64,000 nucleotides of DNA. Origin: Candidatus Dojkabacteria bacterium (lineage in GTDB: Bacteria > Patescibacteriota > Dojkabacteria > SC72 > JAFGCJ01). Positions 52,801 through 61,843 of the stretch are shown here, in pieces. The notes below the pieces were generated by a model, which was given only the letters and a program-made list of their open reading frames with translations, did not search any database and was not told the DNA's origin. Location: contig JAFGIK010000026.1 in the NCBI GenBank assembly GCA_016929645.1, forward strand, positions 14,288 to 78,287, written 5' to 3'. Position 1 is the stretch's first letter. Each line of letters opens with the position of its first letter. The translations under genes and the position numbers were made by a program.

Positions 52801-53055
52801 ACAGAAGTCTGCCATGGTAACTATTGGGTAGAAGTTGATACATCAACATTACCAGATAATGTAGATGTTGACGGAGACAGCAAAGTCGAAGTTAAAGTCA
52901 GTAAAGATGATGAAAAGAATATCACATTTGAAGTCAAAGACAGTGATAACAAGTCTTGGTTCAATGCATGGTATTGCTTGATTCCTCTTCTCTTACTTGT
53001 AGCTGCGGGTATTGGATATGTTGTCCTTACAAACAGCAAGAAAGAAGATAAATAA
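49897..53055 (+). CDS. giant cell-surface protein: signal peptide, acidic linker, 6 PKD/Ig-like repeats, Asp-rich Ca-binding-like (SdrD B / Cna B-like) module, C-terminal TM anchor
   Basis: Repeated ...YAWSGDC.G.T....VP.TPGTYTCT.TVTD.DGD... units; DKNGNGKKDDDENG; C-terminal hydrophobic stretch. Confidence 0.65.
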   Translation: MKHFRKNVAKIIATTFILFLVSNQVSPLIVFANEENIQENQENVDESSTTETSTDDSVDSEVTTTEANTEEVTENQTEDTDESETPVEESTDLSVTETEISNSDEIETNIEQNDILEPMQSDVSPSAAGNSPITVYLGDPINMYDDVLNMYVIAENEVDPSDPIVSFTYNILGTGLNGTLNNEVTTALTCIINGQAEGDLGVDNCVAIEGSRSVYNIPTGTYDIQVCAYDAAGDVGCTTDSIIVERPVGTELMTYGIPEGYPVTAFQANATAGNPYGLTLYLESRITLPGAVFDWAPMFDEYIPAGTTTLFNQDDIIAATIERVYGVSGYGYNQFDSSVLPEGHYEYRYVLVDDFNSWSRSIYSHPGYNIIDMAAIGFPMDSNSDGYSRESQYATAYYFNFQPGNVPPIIDFGSSQTIFENEDVTFPASFYDPSYRASSPFWGGANEPDDAPWTVTVDYGDGDTYVDTYNTDGILSIPNHTYSAIGTYTATLQICEASYNSAGSWNGGGLWGSIQWGDGACSTSTITVNVIKNVPEVAISANPGFSVQEGTTVTLTANVTNGDAPISYAWSGDCIGTTDEVTLPDTPGTYTCTVTVTDSDGDTDSDTVTVVVNENVPTVTIEALPSATVYEGTNVMIIAHADGEDTPLTYLWSGDPVCDGEVDTNVAIPGVTGVYTCTITVTDSDGDTATATITITVLNETPVLSVIANPGFTVNEGTDVTLIASVANSHPGDVYAWSGDCSGDTNTAVVPGITGVYTCTITVTDRDGDVESQTVTVTVNNSVPTVAITANPGTTVYTGTTVVLIANASGVNTPLTYNWRGNCAGSNTTETTVPNTPGTYTCYVDVTDADGDMATASITITVLANPVVVQPTQPIVTPVQAEEDEDTEEEDSDVLGEEDENDGDNNNDTCEVDATINGYVYYDKNGNGKKDDDENGVKDVKVTIYYLDDDGKRVVVDEVNTDTDGYWETEVCHGNYWVEVDTSTLPDNVDVDGDSKVEVKVSKDDEKNITFEVKDSDNKSWFNAWYCLIPLLLLVAAGIGYVVLTNSKKEDK
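51480..52490 (+). repeat. about 250-nt tandem coding repeats (PKD-like domains) inside the surface protein gene
   Basis: Recurring cacatgtaca.t.ac.gt.ac.gatag.gatgg.gat blocks. Confidence 0.6.
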
Positions 53056-53085
53056 GAGATCTTTCTGATTAAGAGATAGCAAGAA

Positions 53086-53115
53086 GGGAGCGGCCGCAAG
53101 GCCGCTCCCTCTTTT
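53086..53115 (+). terminator. GC-rich rho-independent terminator (GGGAGCGGCC-GCAA-GGCCGCTCCC + TCTTTT), likely bidirectional
   Basis: Perfect 10-bp GC stem followed by U-tract, 30 nt after the 53055 stop; convergent gene 53184-53669 ends opposite. Confidence 0.7.
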
Positions 53116-53183
53116 ATGATCAAATATCCAACGGTCAATACGGCCGGTGGATTACTCCCTTATCAACCACCCCACTCTGGGCC

Positions 53184-53669
53184 CTATACTAAACCCTCAA
53201 CATCTTTAATAAAATCAACAACACCTTTCTCAATCCTTGTGGTCAATTCTTCTTGATTATCAAAATCAGGGTCTTCAACTAAAGTGTATTCAAGAATCGA
53301 ATCGTAGCCATCAAGACTTGGCGGCGTACGGTATTTTCCAAGATCCTTTTTCTGCATCAGATCCAAATATTTTTTTTGTACGTTTTTATTATATCCTGAC
53401 AACCATACCTCAAATCTAGTATCTTCATGAATAAAAACTACTGCAATTTTTAATTTTTTCGACTTAAGAGATTCAGGAATTATTGAGAAATACGTCATAT
53501 CCATATACCCTTGATAAAGTCCTCCTGGTAGCGATAGATTAGCATATTGTTTTTGAAAATATGTCTTCAGCTTCAACATATACTTTAAAATTTCCCGATA
53601 GGCTGTAGGAACATCACCTTTTTGCATTTGGAGTCTGTATTCTTGAATATTGTCATTTATTGATTTCAT
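53184..53669 (-). CDS. hypothetical protein
   Basis: 161 aa, last gene of minus-strand cluster; family not recognised. Confidence 0.45.
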   Translation of the reverse strand: MKSINDNIQEYRLQMQKGDVPTAYREILKYMLKLKTYFQKQYANLSLPGGLYQGYMDMTYFSIIPESLKSKKLKIAVVFIHEDTRFEVWLSGYNKNVQKKYLDLMQKKDLGKYRTPPSLDGYDSILEYTLVEDPDFDNQEELTTRIEKGVVDFIKDVEGLV

Positions 53670-53756
53670 ATCGAATTGGAGGATGATAAATTAATATATT
53701 TAATTATAGCAATTATGAAACCATAGCATAGCAAATCAACACCACTCCACCCAAAA

Positions 53757-54422
53757 TCAATCCCAGCTCCACAAATATTTTTTATATTTTTGATTTAAAT
53801 TTTCATCACCCTTAAAAACACATCCATCTTTTACATAAAATGGTTCTTCATTATAACTTTTTCTTGAGAAAATGCCTCGGAAAATATCCGAAAGAACCGC
53901 AGCGTCATCGTAATAAATGCACAGAGTCCCAGGAAAACCACCTGTCAGCATACTTGGCCTTTTACGGGAATAAACGATTTTAGGCAGGAAAAAGCCGACT
54001 TGAAGCTCCTGACCTATTCCGTTTGAGCTCAGGTTATAATCATACACAACTACCTCTGATGTTAGAATTCTTGAAAAATCAAGATCAACAATTTCTTCTG
54101 GAGATAACCCATGATCAGTTTTGGTCTTTCTTTCATATCTTTTTAATGATTTTCCAGGATTCGTTTTCTCATAGGGTGCCCAAATATCCCAACCCAGAGA
54201 TCGTATATGAGAAGTGACAAAATTTCGTTCCTGCTCATAAAGTGGCGTATAATTCTCATGGTTTGAGAAAGAAACACTGTGGTATATGGAATTTGGAGTA
54301 AAAGAAAAGGCATCCTGGAGATTAGATTTGTCATGAAGAGTTCTAAGAAAAAGATTGAGAAATTTCTTCTGGACTTTACATCGAGTATTTATATATTTTT
54401 CCCAATTTAAGTTGCTTACCAT
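53757..54422 (-). CDS. hypothetical protein
   Basis: 221 aa; no family recognised. Confidence 0.45.
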   Translation of the reverse strand: MVSNLNWEKYINTRCKVQKKFLNLFLRTLHDKSNLQDAFSFTPNSIYHSVSFSNHENYTPLYEQERNFVTSHIRSLGWDIWAPYEKTNPGKSLKRYERKTKTDHGLSPEEIVDLDFSRILTSEVVVYDYNLSSNGIGQELQVGFFLPKIVYSRKRPSMLTGGFPGTLCIYYDDAAVLSDIFRGIFSRKSYNEEPFYVKDGCVFKGDENLNQKYKKYLWSWD

Positions 54423-54507
54423 AATTTCATTTTTTTAAATTGTTTTAGTGAAATTTTCTAAATCATATATATCAAGCCATGAGATGCAGATTTTAGATTT
54501 TCGAAGA

Positions 54508-54759
54508 TTAGTTCGAAAAAGTTGCAAATAATGCTATAACAGCACTGAGCATAGAAGAAATCGCAGAGATAAGAGCTATTATCCAAAGTTGATGTTCTCT
54601 AATTGATCGTTCCGCCTCAATAACTCGTCGCTGAAGCTCAGAGTCATCAGCTCTCTTGTGTCTACCCATACTACTACAAGTTATTGCATCGCCTTGAGTA
54701 TCAACACCTAATCTACGGGCATATTCTTCAAGTTTTTCACCCTCTAGCAATTTTTTCAT
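54508..54759 (-). CDS. small C-terminally TM-anchored protein
   Basis: 83 aa, charged N-terminus, hydrophobic tail. Confidence 0.4.
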   Translation of the reverse strand: MKKLLEGEKLEEYARRLGVDTQGDAITCSSMGRHKRADDSELQRRVIEAERSIREHQLWIIALISAISSMLSAVIALFATFSN

Positions 54760-54778
54760 ATTTTAGGAGATTAATAAG

Positions 54779-55948
54779 TTAACTATTTTTCTCTAGCCAT
54801 GCCTTCACTTCCACTATAGCATATTCTTGCAACTCCTCTATATTTACCAATTCTATCTTTTCATTAAATTTCTCCAGAAGGTCGTAGTGATTCAGATTGC
54901 TTTCATAACATATTGAATGAGGAACATTTTCTTTTTTAACTGCAAATACAATTTTTCTAATCCCTGCCCAATAAGCTCTCGACAAACACATTAAGCATGG
55001 CTCCATTGAGGCATACAACATGCAATCAGTAAGTTGTTCATTAAGCTCGTTTATTGCTATATCAATTGATTTTGATTCTGGGTGAAAGTTGATCTTAGGA
55101 AACGAGGTCGAAGTTGTTTTTGATATTACCTTTCCGTCTTTTACTATAACTGCACCTGCAGGGAATGCTCCTTCATCATAGGATTGATGAGACATTTCTA
55201 TTGCCATTTTTAAATATTCTATGTCTTTATCGTTGTAATCATACTTCTTGATAACTTGAATTGTCCCTGATTTACTTGATCGTAAAATATCCAAAAATAA
55301 TTCAGCTATCTTTTCAGGCGACACAGCATCCTTTGCATATTCTGGAAACCATTTTGTATACTCTTCTGTCGCAGTGTCTGAAGGAGATATTCCGTTCACA
55401 TAGATTTTTTGGTCTTTAAGTTCATCAGCTAAACCGTATGTAAGATCTTCAAGAGCTTTCTTTGAGGCATAATATGGAATCCAACCTTTGCCACCGTTCT
55501 CAAAAGTACCTGAAAGGTTAATAATATGGGAACCTTTATTCATGTATGGTAATAGTCCGTGAATAATTAGGGATGGGGCAGTAAAGCCTACCGAGTATGT
55601 ATCTGTTATTACTTTTTCACCAAAGGTTTCAAAATCTTTTCCTGCAAATACTTCCTTATCATCGTGCCAGATACCCGCAATATTTAAAATAGCATCTATT
55701 CCCGAGTAATTTCCTGCCTTGCAATTATCAATTACTTCATTAAGAAATCCCTTGATATTAAGCTCATCAGTTAGGTCAACTGTATAATATTCAGCTTCGC
55801 CTCCTTTTGATTTAATGTCTCTCACTATTTGGTCTAGTTTGTTGCTGCTTCTCGCAACAAGCAATACCCTATAGCCGTTCTTTGCAAGTTTATTGGCAAC
55901 AGCTTTCCCTATGCCTGTACTTGCTCCAGTTATTATTGCTGTTTTCAT
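54779..55948 (-). CDS. fusion: N-terminal SDR oxidoreductase + C-terminal CDA-fold (cytidine/nucleotide deaminase-like) zinc deaminase
   Basis: TGASTGIGKAV and YxxxK (YYASKKA) for SDR; HPE ... PCLMC zinc-binding pair for deaminase. Confidence 0.65.
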   Translation of the reverse strand: MKTAIITGASTGIGKAVANKLAKNGYRVLLVARSSNKLDQIVRDIKSKGGEAEYYTVDLTDELNIKGFLNEVIDNCKAGNYSGIDAILNIAGIWHDDKEVFAGKDFETFGEKVITDTYSVGFTAPSLIIHGLLPYMNKGSHIINLSGTFENGGKGWIPYYASKKALEDLTYGLADELKDQKIYVNGISPSDTATEEYTKWFPEYAKDAVSPEKIAELFLDILRSSKSGTIQVIKKYDYNDKDIEYLKMAIEMSHQSYDEGAFPAGAVIVKDGKVISKTTSTSFPKINFHPESKSIDIAINELNEQLTDCMLYASMEPCLMCLSRAYWAGIRKIVFAVKKENVPHSICYESNLNHYDLLEKFNEKIELVNIEELQEYAIVEVKAWLEKNS

Positions 55949-56024
55949 TGATTATCTTAAATATCTTAATTAATTAGACTAATTGTTCAGCAAATTATTG
56001 CCTATTAGATTAGTCAAAGGATTA

Positions 56025-56291
56025 TCAGAAATTTTTATATAAACGAACCTGACTCTTTTTTAGGTAACCACTATTTCTAAGTGTATTTATGGTTTCCATA
56101 CTATCTTTAACAAATCCTATATGAGAATCTGTTTTTAAAGGTATATATCCAATAATACCACATCTTTTGCCGTCGATATTAATAATATGATAGATGGAAT
56201 ATTCAGAAGGGTGAACAATTTTATCCCGATCTGAGATCGTTTGGTAATAATTTATATCAAAATCTACAAGCTCAATTTCCATTTCTTGCAA
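56025..56291 (-). CDS. hypothetical small protein
   Basis: 88 aa ORF within co-directional cluster. Confidence 0.35.
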   Translation of the reverse strand: MQEMEIELVDFDINYYQTISDRDKIVHPSEYSIYHIINIDGKRCGIIGYIPLKTDSHIGFVKDSMETINTLRNSGYLKKSQVRLYKNF

Positions 56292-56349
56292 TGATAGAAA
56301 TATAAATTGTATCTAAAGTATTTATGATTAATTGATTGTTGCTGGCACT

Positions 56350-57153
56350 CTACTCCACAACACAAGATCCTGTACTATCTATCACAGTCATATTCTTTCC
56401 ATGATTCCACATAAAATCAAAAACTTTTTTCTGCATTTCACTAAGTTTTGTATTATAAATTTCCACACCCCAGATTCCTCTTTGAGTTACGCCGTACAGA
56501 CAATAAACGTTATTATAAATCATTAGCTCGACCGACATATCAATAATGCTTGAATCAATATACCTGATATCCCATAAACCAAGAAATTCTGTAACGTCAG
56601 TCCAACCTTTAACTGCCTTTTCATTTGTAAGTTCTCTGTACTTAATATTATTCTTAACATATTCTGCCCTAACGCTGTCATAAAAACCGAAATCTAAATA
56701 TGGAGATAGCTCAGCAACTTCAAAAAGTCTTATTTCTTGTTCAGCTTTTTGAGAATTCCACATAATTTGCTTAAGACCAGCAATTCCAGAGTAGTGAACA
56801 ATTTTTGAGTCCTTTTCAACTCTGGAATATACCTTTGATAGAGTATCAATAGTTTTTTCCACCACCAGAGCTCTTTTTTTTAGAACATCTTTCTTTTCTT
56901 CAAGAATGCCAGCAAGAGAGTCTATTCTCCGAACAACATATATCGAAGATTTATTCTTATCTTTCTTATCAACAAGGGAGAGTTTTGCAAGATGACTCAA
57001 GGATTGACTAATTGCATAATGACTTAGCTTACTTTCATTAACCAATTGTGTAATCGTACGAGGTCCATGATTAATCAGATGCAAAAATATTGATGTTTCA
57101 TCTTTTGAGAGACCAAGTTTTTCAAGATACTCACGAATATAGATTTCTTTCAT
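56350..57153 (-). CDS. TrmB-like winged-helix transcriptional regulator (paralog 2)
   Basis: N-terminal YLEKLGLSKDETSIFLHLINHGPRTITQL wHTH; C-terminal domain shared with upstream paralog. Confidence 0.6.
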   Translation of the reverse strand: MKEIYIREYLEKLGLSKDETSIFLHLINHGPRTITQLVNESKLSHYAISQSLSHLAKLSLVDKKDKNKSSIYVVRRIDSLAGILEEKKDVLKKRALVVEKTIDTLSKVYSRVEKDSKIVHYSGIAGLKQIMWNSQKAEQEIRLFEVAELSPYLDFGFYDSVRAEYVKNNIKYRELTNEKAVKGWTDVTEFLGLWDIRYIDSSIIDMSVELMIYNNVYCLYGVTQRGIWGVEIYNTKLSEMQKKVFDFMWNHGKNMTVIDSTGSCVVE

Positions 57154-57965
57154 AACGAAATTTTCGTTTTACCAAAGTAATTAACTAACTTCATCGGCTT
57201 GGAGAACTTCCAAACAAGATCAAAAATATCCTTTTGCATATCAGCCAATGACTGATTATAGATTTCTACACAAAAAAGTTGACCTTCACTGTAGTCATAC
57301 ATACTATAAACATTATTATAAATAGCACATTCAAATATGATCGGTAACTGTTTTTTTTCAACATAGCGCACTTGCCAAAAATTTTTAACAAACTCATCTA
57401 CATCTGTAAACTCTTCAAAGTTACTAAGATTCGTAAGCTGATAATCCATTATTTTATTACGTACAAACTCAATTATTACTTCCCTACAAAAATTATCACT
57501 GGTAAAATCGTTTAGCATCGAAATTTCATATATTCTAAATTCATCTTTGGATTTAGTCTGATTCCATAATGCTTGCATAAAACCGTCATAGCCCTCATAG
57601 TATTTAACCTCAGTATCCTTGATATCATATTGAATTTTATCCGACAAAAACTCCATAACCCTAGGTAAATCATCCTCAAGGCTTTTCATTTCAACTTCGT
57701 CACCCCAGATTTTCATTTTAAGATCATCGTAAGAACATGTCTCAAAAAGAGTACTGTTTTCACCAATTACCTCTCTTACGAGCTGCTTTGAAATCAAATT
57801 ACGAAGGGCGCGATAAAGATTAGTTCTACTCGTATTCATATTCTTCTTAATGGTACTTACACTTGAAAGTCCAACCTTTAAAAGAAAGAAGTAAATATCA
57901 GCCTCTATTGGAGTTAAACCTAAAGATTTTTGGATTGTAGCATTACGATTATTCGTCTGAATCAT
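57150..57965 (-). CDS. TrmB-like winged-helix transcriptional regulator (paralog 1)
   Basis: LGLTPIEADIYFFLLKVGLSSVSTI wHTH; overlaps paralog 2 by 4 nt (ATGA). Confidence 0.6.
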   Translation of the reverse strand: MIQTNNRNATIQKSLGLTPIEADIYFFLLKVGLSSVSTIKKNMNTSRTNLYRALRNLISKQLVREVIGENSTLFETCSYDDLKMKIWGDEVEMKSLEDDLPRVMEFLSDKIQYDIKDTEVKYYEGYDGFMQALWNQTKSKDEFRIYEISMLNDFTSDNFCREVIIEFVRNKIMDYQLTNLSNFEEFTDVDEFVKNFWQVRYVEKKQLPIIFECAIYNNVYSMYDYSEGQLFCVEIYNQSLADMQKDIFDLVWKFSKPMKLVNYFGKTKISL

Positions 57966-58131
57966 AAGCCCTATAGTTATGTAAAGTTATGCATCAATTA
58001 TATCAGAAATAGTTCATCATGTCCACCGATATCATAGGACACGGAAATTTAAAACTTGTGATATTTCCTAGTACACCAAAATCAATGGTCAGAGTGCAAA
58101 AAAAAACAATAAGTATTATCATACTAAATAG

Positions 58132-58899
58132 ATGAATAATATATCCAAATCACAGAAGAAGACAGCACTCGTAACCGGAGCCTCTAGAGGTATAGGTAAA
58201 TCAATTGCAGAGGCACTTATCAATAACGGTTTTTTCGTCTATGCCACATACAATTCCACAGATATTTCAGATATGGAAAAAAAACATAAGGATAGTCTTG
58301 AATTTATCAAAGTTGATTTCAAATCTACACAGGATTTGCAAAAGTTTATTAAAAATATACAGAAACATAACTTTGATTTAGTTATTAACAATGCAGGGAT
58401 GTTCGAACAGGAAGTTTTTGATAAATACGATCACGATATCTGGTATAACACATTCCAAGTTAATCTACATACAGCCTTCGAAATATGCATAAATCTCATC
58501 GAAAACATTAAAGAAGATGGAAGTATTATTAACATCGCAAGCACTGATGGATATCAAGGATCATTTGGAAGTATGGCATACGCGGCAAGCAAAGCAGCAC
58601 TTCTAAATCTCACAAAAAGCCTGGCTAATAACTATGGAGCACTTGGAGTACGAGTAAACTCAATTTCTCCAGGATGGATAAACACATCAATGGCAACAGA
58701 TGCATCATACGAGGCTGCAAGTCTTTCTCCTCTTGGACGGAATGGTAAACCAGAGGAAATATCAGACGTTGTTTTGTGGCTTGCTTCCGACGCTGCGAGA
58801 TTTGTCACAGGATCTGATATAAAGGTCGATGGCGGATACACAAATGTGGACTACATTATGAAGAAAGAAGCAGAAGATATAAAGAATCAGGAACAATAG
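58132..58899 (+). CDS. SDR family oxidoreductase (FabG-like)
   Basis: TGASRGIGKSI, NNAG, YAASKAA motifs; divergent from TrmB pair. Confidence 0.8.
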   Translation: MNNISKSQKKTALVTGASRGIGKSIAEALINNGFFVYATYNSTDISDMEKKHKDSLEFIKVDFKSTQDLQKFIKNIQKHNFDLVINNAGMFEQEVFDKYDHDIWYNTFQVNLHTAFEICINLIENIKEDGSIINIASTDGYQGSFGSMAYAASKAALLNLTKSLANNYGALGVRVNSISPGWINTSMATDASYEAASLSPLGRNGKPEEISDVVLWLASDAARFVTGSDIKVDGGYTNVDYIMKKEAEDIKNQEQ

Positions 58900-59000
58900 C
58901 TTTGCTACAAAGTACTCAAACTAACTAAAGGAACACACATCCTAGCAATTCAGGGTATAATGTATAAAGAAGATATTACTTTTCTATATTCGCTGAAGTT

Positions 59001-59906
59001 ATGATTAAATTCCAGAAGAGCTCAACAGTATTAATCATCGTTATTTGTATCTTTGTATTTGTCGCTAATATTCCTTTTATTTACAAGACTGTTTCAATAA
59101 ATCTCGCTTCAAGTCCCTATAGGGATAGTATTCTTAACCAAAGAAGACATCCCAGAGCAGATCTTCAAACTGATAATAACCATTTGTCTAAAAATACATC
59201 GAAGGCACTTCAACTGGAGCAGTTAGATTTAAAAAATACTGAATATCCAAAAATACAGATAGATAGGGAGTATTGGATTTATATTAATTACTTAGAATCT
59301 GGAGAAAAACTTGCTGTGATCGCAGATGATCTTGATGCTGAATCTCAAACCTTGTCATTTTGGAAATATGATGGTTCTTCCTGGTTAAGATTAAATGAGT
59401 GTTCTAATTTAATCTTATTTGTAACAAAACCTAGCAAAGAAGCTCTTCAATCATATATAAATTACGAGGATTTCAATAATGATGGACTTACAGATGTCTC
59501 TGTTTTCATGAACCCAGGAAGCTCAGCAAATATGACATACAAGATTTGGGTCCAAGAATCAAATTGTTCTAGCTTTATTGCAACTTCAGAATTTGGACAA
59601 CCGCAAGTAAAGGATGGTCTACTAAGATCTATGTACTATTATGGTGCTGGAACTTATTTCACTATCGTTTACTATGATTGGAATGGTCTCACATTTTATC
59701 CTGTTAAAACGGTTACTATAACAACAAATGGCAAGATAGTTGGTAAAGATGACAATCATGATCTTTATGATTGGGAAGTAGTAATAAACAAAGTCGTTGA
59801 TTATGGTTCTTACCCATACGGTTACGTACAAAATGAACCTTGGGTACTTGAAGAAATTAGCAGGGAAGTATTTACATCAAAAGAATCAAGAGTTAATGAG
59901 TATTAA
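59001..59906 (+). CDS. hypothetical membrane-anchored protein
   Basis: N-terminal TM; no family recognised. Confidence 0.4.
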   Translation: MIKFQKSSTVLIIVICIFVFVANIPFIYKTVSINLASSPYRDSILNQRRHPRADLQTDNNHLSKNTSKALQLEQLDLKNTEYPKIQIDREYWIYINYLESGEKLAVIADDLDAESQTLSFWKYDGSSWLRLNECSNLILFVTKPSKEALQSYINYEDFNNDGLTDVSVFMNPGSSANMTYKIWVQESNCSSFIATSEFGQPQVKDGLLRSMYYYGAGTYFTIVYYDWNGLTFYPVKTVTITTNGKIVGKDDNHDLYDWEVVINKVVDYGSYPYGYVQNEPWVLEEISREVFTSKESRVNEY

Positions 59907-59981
59907 CACAAGTATGTAAAATAAATTCTATCAAAACCATCTGTTTCTTTACTTCTTTGTCTCATTCTCTATCAATGTATA

Positions 59982-60899
59982 CTACAACCAGTTAACTTTT
60001 ATTATGTGACTTGTAAAATCTGTTTTAAACCATAAGTCCCCATTTGAACTGTCAACTAGATATCTCGCTATCGTAACGGCATGAGTAGCTTGATCATCAG
60101 CAACAAGTTCGTAAACCCAGATTTGCCAATAATTACAAGATTTGTATCCTTCTCCGATTTCAACACGGAATTCAATACTTACTCGATCATCGTCAGATAC
60201 AGCTTTTATGTATTCCTGAATATATGGTAGATCCCTAATCAAATTTAAGGCTTCATCATAAGATATTACTGGCCCATTCATAGTCCCATTTGTGCATATG
60301 GGTTCTGAATACTCTTTGTATTCAAGTAAATCAATACTGTCGTTGTGTAAATCGTACTTAAAATAACCTTTTATTTCTCCATCACACATTATTGTTTGTA
60401 TTTCAATATCACCGCCATAATCACGAAATGGATATTTGCTAGTACGGCATAATCCGTCTATCCCAACTTCTTCATTTTTAGCATTCTTAGATTTAGTGAC
60501 TTCAGATACATTTGTCTCCGTGTTTTGTAAATCACTGTTTGACCAAGGCATTGTTGAAACGACTTCAAATCTACTTGGCATTCCACGTATCAACCACTCG
60601 TTGTAATTGAGCATAATGTTAAATTGTTTATAGGAGAACAGTAAAATAATTCCCAACAAACTTATTAGAACTTCAAGAGAAGCAATCTTATTTTTCTTCC
60701 CAGAAAAAAAAATTAGGACTAAAGATAGAACACCAGTAACACAAAATGGAATAATAAAATAATATGGCTCATATCCTGTGTGATTCGTCCCGTTAATGAT
60801 CGGCCATCCAACAATAGTCGCCAAAAGTAAAATATTTATGGCAAGAAATCCTATCTGAATATTATTTGAAACCTTTTGTTTTATTGATTTACTTAACAT
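59982..60899 (-). CDS. hypothetical multi-TM N-terminal domain protein
   Basis: Three N-terminal TMs then soluble domain; no family recognised. Confidence 0.4.
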   Translation of the reverse strand: MLSKSIKQKVSNNIQIGFLAINILLLATIVGWPIINGTNHTGYEPYYFIIPFCVTGVLSLVLIFFSGKKNKIASLEVLISLLGIILLFSYKQFNIMLNYNEWLIRGMPSRFEVVSTMPWSNSDLQNTETNVSEVTKSKNAKNEEVGIDGLCRTSKYPFRDYGGDIEIQTIMCDGEIKGYFKYDLHNDSIDLLEYKEYSEPICTNGTMNGPVISYDEALNLIRDLPYIQEYIKAVSDDDRVSIEFRVEIGEGYKSCNYWQIWVYELVADDQATHAVTIARYLVDSSNGDLWFKTDFTSHIIKVNWL

Positions 60900-60950
60900 A
60901 TATGTATTTTATCAAGACATGGTATAGGTTACCAACCTTAAGTTAATAGA

Positions 60951-60981
60951 TACCAGACCCGACTTGAACAGGCACCCCACT
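60951..60981 (-). other. tRNA-Pro-like 3' fragment (anticodon-loop GUGGGGUG fused to T-arm and acceptor 3' strand)
   Basis: Minus strand reads AGTGGGGTG-CCTG-TTCAAGT-CGGGT-CTGGTA; T-loop identical to tRNA-Pro at 61902-61975. Confidence 0.35.
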
Positions 60982-61115
60982 ACTCCCTTTTGGTAGATGT
61001 CTTAATCGGAAGAATCGTACTATGTACAAACATATTCTTCCTTCTATTGATACAACAGTCTCGTAATGTTCTAGAGCTTAAGAATAAGCGGAAGTTTTTA
61101 TTTGAGATTCCTGAG

Positions 61116-61613
61116 TTAATTTGAATATAACCCTTTATCAGTCATCTGAGATTTAAGTCCTTTGCGTGGGAATTTGATTCTTAAACCATTTGACAGTTTA
61201 AGTTTTAGCATCTGGAATCGATCTCTGTGTAAGGCACTTTTATCCCAATCCAAATTTGGATACAATTCAATCAACGTTTCAATCATATCTTTTGTTGTAA
61301 ATTCAACATGCTCCCAATCAGACTCCCTATTTTCTCCTTTTTCTGGTTCAATAACCTCTATAATATCTATTGAAAAATCATTATATTGAATAGGATTATT
61401 TAAAATGAATATCCCTATTCTTCTATCATTAAAAGTAGTTTCCTCACCAAGTAAGGAAATTGACAATAGTTCAGATTTAATTTTTTCATAATCCTCACTA
61501 GAAGAGGTTTGATATCCTAGATGATCTAAATCCAAATTATCTAAATTTATGCCTGCAGCATTAAAAGCTTGAAAAAATTTCTCAAGGAAATCTTTATATG
61601 AATCAATTAACAT
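61116..61613 (-). CDS. hypothetical protein
   Basis: 165 aa ORF between tRNA fragment sites. Confidence 0.4.
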   Translation of the reverse strand: MLIDSYKDFLEKFFQAFNAAGINLDNLDLDHLGYQTSSSEDYEKIKSELLSISLLGEETTFNDRRIGIFILNNPIQYNDFSIDIIEVIEPEKGENRESDWEHVEFTTKDMIETLIELYPNLDWDKSALHRDRFQMLKLKLSNGLRIKFPRKGLKSQMTDKGLYSN

Positions 61614-61843
61614 TATTTATCTTGTGTAAATTTAAAATATATTTGTTCGGAAGTAGTCTGATAACCTATTGAAAATTGGTAATGCCAGACGACTCTCGTT
61701 TCCCTCGCTAGATACATAGATAAAACCTGATCCATGTATCCACACCGATTGCCCTGCAAACTACTGAGTCTATAATCACCACAATGTACATTATATGTAT
61801 ATGGTCGGATGGCAACCCCACGGCTCCCTTTTAGATGTATAAA

